Assembly: GCA_934754495.1 (NCBI GenBank)
Contig: CAKVHW010000002.1
Location: 138,925-202,924 of the forward strand
DNA: 64,000 nucleotides
DNA from: an uncultured Clostridia bacterium
Lineage (GTDB): Bacteria > Bacillota > Clostridia > Christensenellales > UBA1242
Direction: 5' to 3'
Shown: positions 49,599 to 62,600 of the stretch, one piece after another
Layout: each line of letters begins with the position of its first letter
How positions within the stretch are numbered: position 1 is the first letter of the stretch
Program-made: the position numbers and the translations under genes
Notes under the pieces: generated by a model
The model's input: only the letters and a program-made list of their open reading frames with translations
What the model was told of the DNA's origin: nothing
Database searches by the model: none

Positions 49599-49856
49599 AT
49601 GAACAATATATATGCAAAACTAACAATTGATAATAAATTAATTAATGATTACATATATGAATTACCAGAAGATTTTGTGATTCATAATTTTTTTGATTAC
49701 ATGGCAGAAATCTGTGCAAAGCTTGATATTCCAGTACCAATGATACTGGTAAAACACATTAAAAACTTTTTACTTTACAATAGTACCACTTTTACTAAAG
49801 ATGACTTTGTAGAAACTTTCCCTTACGACAAACTTGTTGTAGAAATTTACAATTAA
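49599..49856 (+). CDS. Hypothetical small protein (85 aa)
   Basis: I prefer the internal ATG (MNNIYAKL...) to the track's start at 49515. No motif recognised. Confidence 0.45.
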   Translation: MNNIYAKLTIDNKLINDYIYELPEDFVIHNFFDYMAEICAKLDIPVPMILVKHIKNFLLYNSTTFTKDDFVETFPYDKLVVEIYN

Positions 49857-49968
49857 CACCCTTTAAAATAATTTAAGCATCACAAATTAAAAACACACAA
49901 AACTTGCAATTAATGTATAATTTTACTCTAAATTTAGCAAACTAAAAGTAATTTTAAGGAGTAATATT

Positions 49969-50547
49969 ATGATAACATTAATTGCTTTTTTATTAGTTTT
50001 GGTAGGTGGGGCAAACTGGCTAACAATAGGACTACTACAGTTTGATTTTGTGGCAGGGCTATTTGGCTCACAAAGTAATATTTTTAGCCGAATTGTATAT
50101 GTACTAGTGGGAATTGGCACAATAATTATTACGGTTAACGTGATTAAAAATAAGGGCAAATTAACCTTTAACTTTAGAAAATTAAAAAATAAAATTAAAT
50201 CACAAGGCGAAACACAAATAGCCACTAATCCACAGGGTTCTCCACAATACTCACAAAGTTCCAACCAAAACTACACCACTTCGGGAGTAAATAGTCAGCA
50301 AGGTGAAACACAACCAAATACCAACAATCAAAACCAATATCAACTCACACAAAATAGTGATTATAACAACCAAACAATGTCGAGCAACCATAATGACCAG
50401 CAATATTATAATAACAAAGACTCTCAACAACGAGAAATCAACACTAATCAACCACAGTATAACACAGAAGCAGGCGTTGATAACGATATAAGGTCAATTT
50501 CAGCACGACTTACAGAAAAACATAACAACAACAGAAATTATAGATAA
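49969..50547 (+). CDS. DUF378-family membrane protein with a long Q/N-rich C-terminal extension
   Basis: The N-terminal approximately 65 aa (LVLVGGANWLTIGLLQFDFVAGLFG...SRIVYVLVGIG) match the two-TM DUF378 pattern. About 120 Q/N/S/T-rich residues follow. AAGGAG RBS. Confidence 0.75.
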   Translation: MITLIAFLLVLVGGANWLTIGLLQFDFVAGLFGSQSNIFSRIVYVLVGIGTIIITVNVIKNKGKLTFNFRKLKNKIKSQGETQIATNPQGSPQYSQSSNQNYTTSGVNSQQGETQPNTNNQNQYQLTQNSDYNNQTMSSNHNDQQYYNNKDSQQREINTNQPQYNTEAGVDNDIRSISARLTEKHNNNRNYR

Positions 50548-50610
50548 TGAAGTCGTTATGCATTAAAAAATCAATGGTAAACTTACAATCATCAAAATTA
50601 AATATAATAC

Positions 50611-50642
50611 AAAAAAACGATATCAAAATGATATCGTTTTTT
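50611..50642. terminator. Bidirectional rho-independent terminator
   Basis: aaaaaaACGATATCaaaatGATATCGTtttttt, between the DUF378 gene (+) and the 4,152-aa gene (-). Confidence 0.7.
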
Positions 50643-50643
50643 G

Positions 50644-53600
50644 TTATTCAATTTCTTTCCAAACAACTTGAATATCAAGGTTTTCACCAGAAACTGTAAT
50701 GTAGTTATAACCACCTTTATCATTAAATAAGTTGTATTTTGTACCATTAATTAACACATAATCGGCTTCCAAGTTGCTAATATCAATTCCATCACTAATT
50801 AAAACATTATAGTAATTAGTAACAAAACTTGAAATGCTTTCTTGAGCACCTTCAATTCGAGTATAAGATACTTGTTTATTGCCAACTAAATCGGTGTAAT
50901 TTTCACTACTTACGGTCACTGAAATTTCAGGAACATACACAGCATATAACACCACATTGTCACCTACTACAATTGTGTCATTTAACACACTAGTATATTC
51001 TTGCCTTACAATGCTTCCGCCCATAACCGATGTGTTAGCAGAGTTGGTTTTTAGTGCTTTTACATAATATAATCCGCTTGCATCTACCTTACAGCCATCA
51101 TCATTTGCATTAGTGCTATAGTAAACAAACCTTAATCCGCTAAAGTTTTTAGTATACTCACTTGCCTTAAAGTCGCTAAACATAGTGTTTAAAGTAGTTG
51201 TCATAACAACTAGTGAATATGTGCTTGAAACTTCGTCAAATACCAATTTTAAATTGTTTGTTTTTGCACCAAAATACAAAGTTGTGTTTTTAATAACTGT
51301 TGTCTTTCTATAACTCCCAATTTCAACACCCGTAAAGCCGTTATTTACATAATCACTATTACCAGAATATGTACCAGTAATAGCAGTGTTTGCAACAACA
51401 TAAATTGTTTTTGATACACCCAAATCACCAGCATTAACACCATTTACAGATTTTGTTGAGTTTATGGTAATAGACTTTTTAACATTTTCTAAATACCTTA
51501 CCACAACATCAATTGTGTTGCCATTAGTATAAGCTTCCCCAATTAAATCAAAGTATTTTTCAAAAGTAAGGTCATTATCAATTTTTTCGTTTTCCACATA
51601 GAATCCTAAAATTGAATAATAATTGCTTATATTTATATCATCTAGATAATAATTAAGTTGTAATTTTAATTCAGTTAACACTTGTGCATATGTTGTGGCA
51701 AATGTAACTTTTACACTTCCACCAGCCACTGTTCCGCCACCTACTGCAGGAACATTAGTTGTCACATTAAGTGTAAGTTCTTTTACAGCAATTTTGCTTA
51801 CAAGTTCTACTTCCAACAATCCATCAGTGTAATAATTTGCACTACCATTATTTGATGTGCTAATTATTTTACCTGTGATTTTTGGTGTAGAATTTTCCTT
51901 CACATAATAATCAGTAGTATATGATAATTCAAAGTGTGGCAAATATGTGTTGTCCTTAACCCTTAGCACAATCTTACTAAAGTACCTATTACCATCAACT
52001 TCGTAATTGTTGGTTGTGGCATTAATTACATTATAGTAATATGTAAGACCTGCATTATTTAAGAAGTTAATTCCTGCACGTTCACCTGTTTCGTCACCTT
52101 CCAACTTATATGTTAACCATACTGCACTGCTATACCCTGCATTGATTGTAACAGCACTAGTTAACCCACTTACAGCGATATTATCTTCGCTAGCACCTGT
52201 GCCGAAAGTAGATTCTAGTAGCCATTCCTCAAACCAAATATTTTTTAGGTCGTTAGCAAGGCTATTGCCATTAGAATACAAATAAACATAGTTTTCGTTA
52301 ATTGAATATCTATATGTTCCAATCAATTCACCAACAGTGTAATATTCAGTTGATGTTTTTAAAATATTGGACATATTATCAACATTGCTCACATCACTTG
52401 CCAACACACTAAGTGTAGCACTATCCAACGAATTAAAGCCATAAGTAACAAGTTTGTAGAATGCTTTTAGTTTGTTGCTATCAGTTGTTCTAAAATATGC
52501 TTTTGCATAGTCTACATTGGCAATTTTAAAACTATAGTCAATATACTTATAATCAAATTTTAAAGCATAACTTTCTTGTCCATTATCAAATCCGCTCACA
52601 ATTGTTGCAGAATTATCTACAACAATATTAGAGTTAACATTTTTTAAAACATAGTCGTTTGACGAATAGTTAAAGGTAATTTCACTATCGGTCACAACAG
52701 AAATTGTTTTGCTAGAATCACTACTTACTGAAACATTGATTGTTTGCATTGTGTAATCAGCAACAACTCCATTAGCAGTATTTGGTGTGTAGTAAATAAC
52801 TTCCACATTGCCAAAATCTGTCACATCAGAATTAACGAAACTTGAAGTAATTACAACATTTTTACTTTCAAGGTTAAACTTAACCGCACCAGTACTCTCG
52901 CTCAAGTTTTCGTTAACATATGTGTATGTTTTTGTGTTTTCATTAAAGTAAGGAGTATTAATTAAATCAAATACAACTTTTAAGCCATAGCCTTTTCTTA
53001 GTTTAATAGCAAGTTTGGAAATGTCAAAATTATCGTAAATGTTTACAACTTTTGATTCATTAATAATGTCATAAACACTACTATCACTTCTTATCATGTC
53101 CAATGTAAACACGTTTTCACTTGTTTCAAGTTTTGTAGTGATGTCGTACACAGTATAGCTAACTTTTAGTGCATACTTATATGTACTTCCACCATACTGT
53201 CCACCAAGGCTACCATAGTGTGTGTTTTTAATTGCGTCACTATATAACTTGTCCCATTCAATGTCAAGGTTGTGTTCAACAAAGCTTCCCCAGCACACAA
53301 CATCAATTATATTTGTTTCGGCCGTAATACTTGCCGAACTAATTGTTTTACCATTTAATTTAACTTCTTTTAGTTCGTAATTGTCATTAGTTTTTGGGGT
53401 TATTATAATCCTTCCCTTTAGATTACTTAAGTAATCATAAACCATAATGTTTGTGGTTGTTTTGCCGTCTAATGTACTAGAATAAACAACTAAATTATCA
53501 AGATAATTAAACGTAATATTGCCAGCAACATATGATACATTTTGATATACTTCCTGAGAAATGTCACACATATTAGGGTCATAATTTAAGGTTATACTAA

Positions 53601-56600
53601 GTTGTTTTGCCACCCACTTTGCTTGCAATGTAAGTGTATAGGCACTTGCAGAATCATCGTTTAGTTGTGTAGTAGTAATTAATTGATTAATTAGCACCGC
53701 ATCGCTTAAAATTGCATCAGTATTAACAGCTACTACATTACCATCACTGTCAACAAGTTTTTCAAAATCACTATTATAATTTAGATAGTATGTTTTGCCA
53801 TTATACACATAGAAATAACCTGCAAAGTTAAACCCTGTGCGAGTAGGAATTGTGCTTAAATTAATTCCATCTGTCACAAGCAGATTATTAATATCGCTTG
53901 GCATATTGCTTACATTGTCGCCATTTGTATCAAACTTTACAGTATACAAATTAGCCCATTTGCCAAACAAGTGCAAATTACCATTAGCTAAACTAAATGT
54001 GTAATTTAATGTGCCAATATTTGATAGTTTTGACATATCAACACTGCCATTTTCTTGGTCTAACTCGTAATTGCCATTGTAATATTTCCAATTGACAAAC
54101 TTGTATGATTTGCCATTTATCACAACAACATTTTTAGGTTGTTCGAAACTTGAATCTGATAGGCTTATAGATGAATTAAATTCAAATTTACTATTAGGAT
54201 TAATTAAACTTCCGCTTAGTTCACTGCCGTTAAATTCACTCATGTCAGGTTTATGGAACACAACTTTCATCACTTTAAACTTAACCGCAACAGTTATCAT
54301 TTGGTCGGTGCCATTGTTTCCGCCAGCATACAACGAAAGTGTGTTGTTTGTTATGTCAAACGAAACACCAGAAAGTGTACCAACATCTACACCATTAACA
54401 TAGATTTTGTCAATCTCGAAATAATCTTGGTTTGGCACAATGCCAACTTTAATTGTTTTCCTAAACGCTGAATTAATTATTGTTGTTTCAGTAAATGTAA
54501 TGTTTGAAGTATTGCCACCCACAACATAATCAGCAAAATTTTCACCACTATCTTTTAGCGATGCATACAACGTGTTTAAGGCATCACTACTTTGAGTGCT
54601 CTCTATTAGCATAATCTTGGTGTCGTAAGTCTTTCTTGCCACATCACAAATTACATTAACATCGTAAATTGCATTTTTAATTGAATACTTATTGCCGTTT
54701 TCAATTGCTTCTATGGTTATTTCAATTCCGCACGAATTAGCAAATTCAGTAAGATTAGCAAAGTTACTGCTATCAATATTATTGTAAATAATTTTCACGT
54801 TGGTTACATTAAATCCGCTTTCACTTACAACTGCAAAGGCAAATGTACTGCCAGTGCCAACACTTGTTAATGTGTAAGCGGTATTAATATTTCCATAAGT
54901 AAATGTCCTATCAGCACCAATTCCGTCATACAACTTAACGGTCAACATTGCTGTTGTATTAAGTTGTCCGTCACTATCGGCTACCGCATTAAATGTTGTG
55001 TTAAGGTTTAGTTTTCCCGCCTTAACAACCCCATTAATTGTAACATTTTGAGAAACAACCAAAGTAGTAATTGTTGTAGTTTCACTAACCCATTTATCAA
55101 ACACATAAGAGCCCACAGGCAATAATGTGATAGTTGTGTTTTTAACACTGCTACTGCTTATTTCCCCGTTTTCAGTAAACGAATACTCGCCCACTTTCAT
55201 TTGAAGTGTATTAGCATTTGCTGTAATTGTACTTCCATAAGGAACTCTATAAGTCTTAGACACATTACCGTCAATCAAAGATTTTCCGCTTTCGCCCATT
55301 ACGGTAACATTGTAAGACATTGTGCGGTATGTTGCTTTTAGTACAACAACCACATTTTGTTGTGTCACGAATGTTGTTACTCCAACAACCACATCACTAT
55401 TTAATGTTGTGGCAGATGTAACAAACTTACGGAATGTGGCACCACTTGAAGTGTTTCCACTAAACACCTTGTATCCACCAAACACCATGTTGGCTTTGCT
55501 TTCGGCGGTTGGGAACGGAATAGCAATTGTATCACCAATTGTACTTACCGCTACAAGTTCTTTTCCGCTTTCGTCAACAATAGTATAAGTACGATTTAAA
55601 AGTGTAATTTCAAATACTGGTTTTAAACTAACCTTAACATCTTCAATTGTGTGAGTGTTAACAGCGGTGTCATTATTTGTACCAGTAAGTGTAATGGTTT
55701 TTACATAATATAGCACACTATTTACTTCAACAACCACCTTAACCTTGGTATCGGCTTTCAGTGTTTTTGTTGTTGTAAATGTGCCGTTTTTAATATTATC
55801 AATATCAAAACTTTCTAGCAATGTCCACTTAAAGTTGTCATCATAATATATGCTAATTGTTCCGCTAAACTTGTTAGCACTGTAATCGCTAACCATAGCA
55901 GAATTTAACTTAAATGTTAGTTTTACATTTTCATTTGGTCTAACAACCAAATATATTCTTTCCGAATTATTTACTCTAAAGTTAATCGTAACAACATTAT
56001 CTGAAATATTGATTGTTCCGTTAAATGTTGTGGTAATATCGGTCATCGAACCATTAAGCACAATGCCGGCAAATTCGTAGCCGTCTTGCAAAGTCATAGC
56101 CACCGACACAAGTGTGCCCGCCTTAACAATGCTTGTGTATTCGTATGTTTTTTCTTCACCAAAGTAAGCCATTAATGTGTCATACACTGCATTGAATTGC
56201 GTGTTGGCAATTCCAACCGATGCACTAACATCGTTTGCCGTAGGCATACTAGCCGTAATTGTAAGCGCACTGCCAATTGTAATATTAGTACCTGTTTTTA
56301 CATTTTCAGGGTAATAATACCAACCATCGTTAAGCACATAAGATTCGTACCCTTCGGTAAGGTGTCTTGAAATGGTAACAACCGCTTTTACATCGTTGTA
56401 ATTTTCGGTTACCATTTTACCATCTGCCACCATACAACCTACAAAACTAAGTTGGGTATCACTAGCAATAATACTAGAATTTTTAACAAGGTAGAACTCA
56501 TAATTTCCGTTTGCGTTAATGGTGTAATATGTTCTGCCATCACCTGCTGAAATAGTGTAAGTAATTGCTTCGTACACATTAGCAAGTGTAAGTTTTTCAA

Positions 56601-59600
56601 ATGTGTAGTTAAATATTGGAACTAATCCATATGTGTAATTTGAAGAAGGGTAACCTAAGTCAATTAATGTTTGGATTGTAATTTCTTCGTTAAACTTAAA
56701 TACTCGCCTATCACTTCCGTTCATTACAAATTCATTAGAACCAATTGACCTAATGTACCAGCCTAGTAAAGTAAGACCTACTCTATCATAGTTAGCATCT
56801 TCTTCGTTTGGAATTACAATTTTAGTATTAGGTGTAAGTTTTTTAAACAACAAACTTTCGTCAATTCTACGTTCTGGGTCGTCCATTTGCAATGTGTAAT
56901 ATGGCATAGCAAGTGCAAGTAAAGTCACTGGTTTTACAATTGACTCACCATTATACTCGCTACCATCAAGTTGCCAATTACCAAGGTAGTAATTTTCACC
57001 CAAAACATAATCAATATTAGGAGCACTTGTGCCCATAACAATGAAGTCGGTTTTTACAATATTATCAATAACATCTACTGCATAATTTACCTTAACCCCA
57101 ATTACTGGGTAAGCATACAAGGTGTATGTGCCTAGCATCATGCTTTCGTCAATAGTAAAGTCGCTTGCAAGCACACTTGCTTCAACATTAGGATTATACA
57201 CATAATCACTAACACCATTTACTACATAACCAAGTGTTTTATAATCGCCGTCAATAAAGTAAGTACTTAAGTCAATGTAATCACCAACCACACAACCGCT
57301 TATAACAACCATACTTGACATATCAAATGTAAATTTGTTGGTTGTTTCGTCATATGAAATTGATTTAAATACATTAACATTAATTAGGTCTACCACCACT
57401 GCTTCAAGCGTAGCCGAACTATTAACAGTAAGTGTACTTAGCCAGTTGTGATAATTATAACCATGGTCGCCAGCACCTAAATGTGAATAGTAATTGCCAT
57501 TTAGTGACCAGCCAATTATTGCCTTACCTGTTAGCCCAGTATTATATGCTTTAAGTGCATTTACTAGGGCTGATTCATTAAGATTAAACTTATCACCACT
57601 TAGGTAATCATCTGTACGATAAATTTCTGTTGACTCGTTTGCAAATACAAGCGATATAACCATTTTATAAACTGGTGTGAATGTATGGTTTTTATTAAAC
57701 ACAACACTTACTGTGCCAGTATAAATTTTACCATTTTCATCTTTCCATGTACCATCAAACTTGTAAGTCACACCACCAACTTCATAGTAATTTGCTGTTG
57801 TTGGGAAACTAAACACGAAACTATTTGTTTCATTAAACTCGTAAGATTTTTCTGTTGTGCTAAGTGATGTAGGATTTTCTGCAACACCATAATATGTTGT
57901 GGCATTTCCGCTATTGTCATATGACATAAACTTAGCACTATAATATGATGTTTTCCAATAAGCATAAAGTTTTAAGTTGTAATCATCGGCAGAATCCATT
58001 GTGATTGTGCCTTCACGCAAATACACTGTCAATCCATTTCTAGAGTTTATCATAAGGCTTGTAATTAGCACAGGATTAACAGGATCCAACGACCAACCTA
58101 GGAATTCGCTTCCAGTCTTTTCTGATAGTTTTGTATCAGCAAAGTTTGCTGGAATAAACTCAAAATTAGTAACAATATGTTCGTCAAGTGTAGTGTTGTC
58201 GCCTAAATTATTGTAATAATAAATTGTGTAATATTTTTCCCAAATAGCATAGAAATTAACATCATCGGTTGTGTTTACAACAAAACTTGCATTAGGTTCA
58301 TATTCTGCAACTGTAGCATTAGGTGTTGTTGCCCAACCAATTAATTTATATCCTTCAAGACCTGTATCACCAAGCAAATTAAAGTTTTCAAAACAATTGT
58401 GGGTTTCTCTTAAGTAAATTGTTGTGCCGTCATTGTTGTGGTAAGTAATTACTGCTTTTGCAACGTCCCAAACTGGGTACAATCTTACAAACTGAGCATT
58501 GTAGGTAATAATTTCGCCGTTTCTAAATTCAACATTTTGTGAAATAAGGCTTGTAGACCAACCTAAGAATGTGTAGCCATCTTTACTTGGAACAATGTCG
58601 GCTTGTGTTAAACTTAAATCGCTTGTACCAATTATATATTCCGATCCTTCCAAAATATTAACTGCTGTACGGGCAGAACTTGCCTGACGGTCGGAATAAT
58701 ATTCTATTGTGCTAAACTTTCTTAAATCCATATAGATTTTAAAATTATAGTTTTCTGCAAGTGCCATAAGCACTGCATTGTTTGCAAAGTCAAAAGCACT
58801 ACCCATTGCAATTGCAAACGATGAATCACCACTTTCAAATGCACTCTTAGTTAAATATAGTCCCACACAGTCATAACTTGTAAGTTGGTAATTACCATGA
58901 ATAAAGTTAACAAGTGTAGCCTTATCGTGCAGGTTGAGTGGAGTATTATAGTCCGCTGTAATACTTTGTGTTGCACTTGCAAGTACACTGTATTTGTTAG
59001 ACATTCTGTAATAATAATTAATAACGTATGTTTGGGCTTCAAATACTGGTTTTAACACCATACTTGTATCCATTTGAATGTAAGTTGACGATAGATATGC
59101 GTCATACTGTTTTCCAAATTGGTCTTCCCATTTTCCTGTAAACACACCATAACCATTATCACGTGTTACTTGTTCTTTAGTAAGTTTGCTAATGTTGCCA
59201 ATATTTTTAAAGTACAACTTATCACCCTTACCTACTATTAGTTCGTCTGGCAAACCGCCAACCGAAATAGTAACACCAGTAAGGTCAAATGCTAGTTTTA
59301 CTGCTTCACTCCATTTAGCATCTATGTTAAGGGTATACTTTTTAACACCACCCTCTACTCTTTCAATTATGTAGTCGCCAATATTAGCAATTGTAAGTGG
59401 TAGTGAATCATTTTCTTTATACACCTTATCACCTACTTGCCAACCAGCAAGCAAGCAATCGGTTTTTATAGGCTTCACTGCAAAATCACCAGTAACAATT
59501 GTGTGACCATAACCTACATATGTGTTAACCTTTACTTGTTCCAGTTTATCTGGATTAGATGAATTTTCACTATAGTAGTTGTACACAAGTGTTAGTTCGG

Positions 59601-62600
59601 CAGATGTATATGTAGGGTAAATATCGTATGGACAAGTAATTCTTAAACCTTCCAAAGTAGATAAGCTTTGACTACTTCCCCCACCAGCAACTGTCCAGTA
59701 GTTAAAGTTGTAACCAACAAAATTTAATGTGCTTAATTGATTATTAACTTCGTCCATAACACTATCAAGTGTGTCATAATAATCAATAGTATAATTGCTA
59801 ACTTTTACTGTTTTGTTAGTAGCAGGATTGTTGTAAATAAACCTTACACTAAACGACTGAATAATTGCATGCAACGACAACACAATGTCGCTTTTTACAA
59901 GCAAGTTGCTTGTTTTTAAATCTACAATATATTCAGGTCTAATTGTTCCGTCACTTGCCTTATCACCACTAACTTTCCAGCCAGCATATTCATAGCCAGA
60001 TTTGTATGTAGGCATTGTAATTCGACTTAGTAGCGACCTAGCGCTTGTGCCATAACCAATGTCGTCAACTATCTGTTCGTCAACTTTATTAATTCCCACC
60101 CCATCAAATTTAAATGTAACAGTGAATTTTAGTATATTAAAAATAGGGTAAATATTAATAAATGTTTGGTTTGACGTAGGATAATCAATAAACAAATGGT
60201 TTTCGTCATTTAACACCGATACAGCATAACCAGTGCCACTCTTTACAAGTTCTACATTACTACTATTAGCCCAACCTGCAAGACCATAACCAACAACAGC
60301 ACTTGTATTAAGGGTAATTGTTTTTTCTGTTCCGTCAGCCAAAACATAACTAACAATATTGCCACTAAATAGCACTTCGTCAGTCACATTCTTTAAGCCA
60401 TCGGTAAATTTTTCTTTAGAAATGTAAATTACACCAGCACTATAGTTTACACTACTTGACATTGCAAGTTGGTTAATGTTAAGTGAAAACACAACCGGTT
60501 TCCACACAGCATATAATGTTTTGTCGCTTGAGAAAACTGGATATTTTTGACCAGCATTATATATTGCGTTATCTCTTATAAACTCATTGTAATTAATTCC
60601 TAGTTCTTCACGATTTTTTTCGCTCCAACCTACAAATTCATAGAATGGACGTTTTGCGTAAGACTTTGGTAAGTCTGGCATTGTCATATACAAGTCGCCA
60701 GCACCTAGCATTGTAAGTTCGTCTTCATTGTGTCCATTTAGCCACTCAACATCATCTGCCCCAGCCTTAAACGAAACAACAATATTTTCCATCCACACCG
60801 CTTCAAATGTAAGTAGTCGTGCAGGGATTTTTAAGTAAATATACGACCTATCGTTTACGTCATTATATATAGTATAATATGTATCGGTATCTAGCAAAAC
60901 CTTGCCAACAATATACACTTCTGTTGAGATGTTTCGCATTTGGTCAGTATAATTTGCTAGGTTGTACACAAATTCTGGACGATTAGAATTAAATTCAATC
61001 TTAATAGTAGATTGTCCACTAATTTCGTAGCCATCTTTTAATTTCCAACCCCACAAAATATAATCCGTGCCATTATCTGTTTTGCTTACCTGATATTTTT
61101 CATTTTTAACCGTAGCCAAAGTATAACTTGATTTTGTACGGTCGTAGTGGTGAACTATTTGGTTTCCACTCTCATCAAATAATGATGCTTTAATATTTGT
61201 TTCACTTGAGTAATTAATACCATCTGCATTTTCGCCCATATCATAAGTGTAATAGTTGTCATTAGCAAGCCAAATAGTATACAAGTTTTTCTCGGCTGAA
61301 TTTAAATAAATTCCCTGGTCATCTCTAATGTTGCCAACCGTATAAGTGTAATTAGGAACATAAATATTAGTAAAACCGCTAATAAATGTTGTTGAGTTCA
61401 TCCAGCCAATAAATGATTTATTAAATGGAATATTATAAGTTCTTTCAATTTTGTTAAGTCTAATTTGGTCATCGGTAAATTGAATATTGCCCTTACTACC
61501 TACCCCCATAACAAGGTCATTAAAACTAGGCAAACTAATTGTGTTTTTACCAACATTAACCGTGCCAAGAAGTATTCTAGAACTATCGTCACCAATGTAG
61601 TAGTAGTTTATACGGTGATAACTCTTCCACTGTGCATATAGTGTAATTTCACCGTCCAAAACTCTAAAATTGTCTTTATCAAAGTACAAGGTTGAGCCAT
61701 ATGCCATGTTGTATCCCGAACCGTCACGTTGGGTGTTCCACGAAAGAATTGTGTATAATGGAAGCCCTGTTGGGTCGTTGGTGCGGTAAACCACATCTTT
61801 AAAGTAGTTTTCGTTATATAGCACACCAGACTCTAAGTCATCGCCAAATATCTTCCAGCCTTGAGATGCAACATTTCTTTTTAATGTTGTGCCATCATCA
61901 GAATAAATAAGCGAATTAAAACTATGATTTAAAATAGCAGTCATTCCACTTGTGTCAATATAGTTGTTACCATGCGGAATATTTAAGTCAAATTTTATTG
62001 TGTATTCTTGCAATGTCCACTTAGCAAACAAAGTAACATATGAGTTTTTCTCATCAGTAGAAGAATATGCTTTAATTGTATCACGTTGGGCAGGAGTAAG
62101 AATGCTTGTATCAAAATACAACTCATCGTCTAAGATGTTTATGTCACGATCACGAGCCATTGTAAGATAACCATTCTTAATGTACAATTGGCTTGTTTTT
62201 AGTGGAACAATAAAATTAGGATCTAAAAACCAACCTGCAAATTTAAAGTTGCCGTAAGCATCTACTGGTGCTGGGATTGTGTCAACTCTCTGGTTAAACT
62301 CAGTCCTTAAATCCATGTAGGTTTCAAATCTGCCATTATATGTAAGGCCACCGCTAGCACTATCAATACGTGGTCTAATCTGACTAATCTTATCACCAGT
62401 AAAATCTAGGTCAAGAGTCTTATATCTAAGTTCTACTTGAATAGGTTTCCACACCGCATAGAATGTAAGGTTTTGAGCACGCATCGCAATAGAATCGGTG
62501 TAAGTTGTAGTTGCACTAGTAGACAACCCCCACCCTTCAAATGTATAACCATATTTATTGGTTCTTTTGTACTCATCAATACTTATTTCGGTGTCATCAT

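Noticed and set aside
49923-50264. A 113-aa minus-strand ORF overlapping the DUF378 gene. Similar nested or antisense ORFs occur inside mfd, sbcC, dnaX, recR, the CPBP genes and the 4,152-aa gene.
   Set aside because: Each is embedded antisense or out of frame within a gene that has clear family motifs. None has a convincing RBS or recognisable motif.
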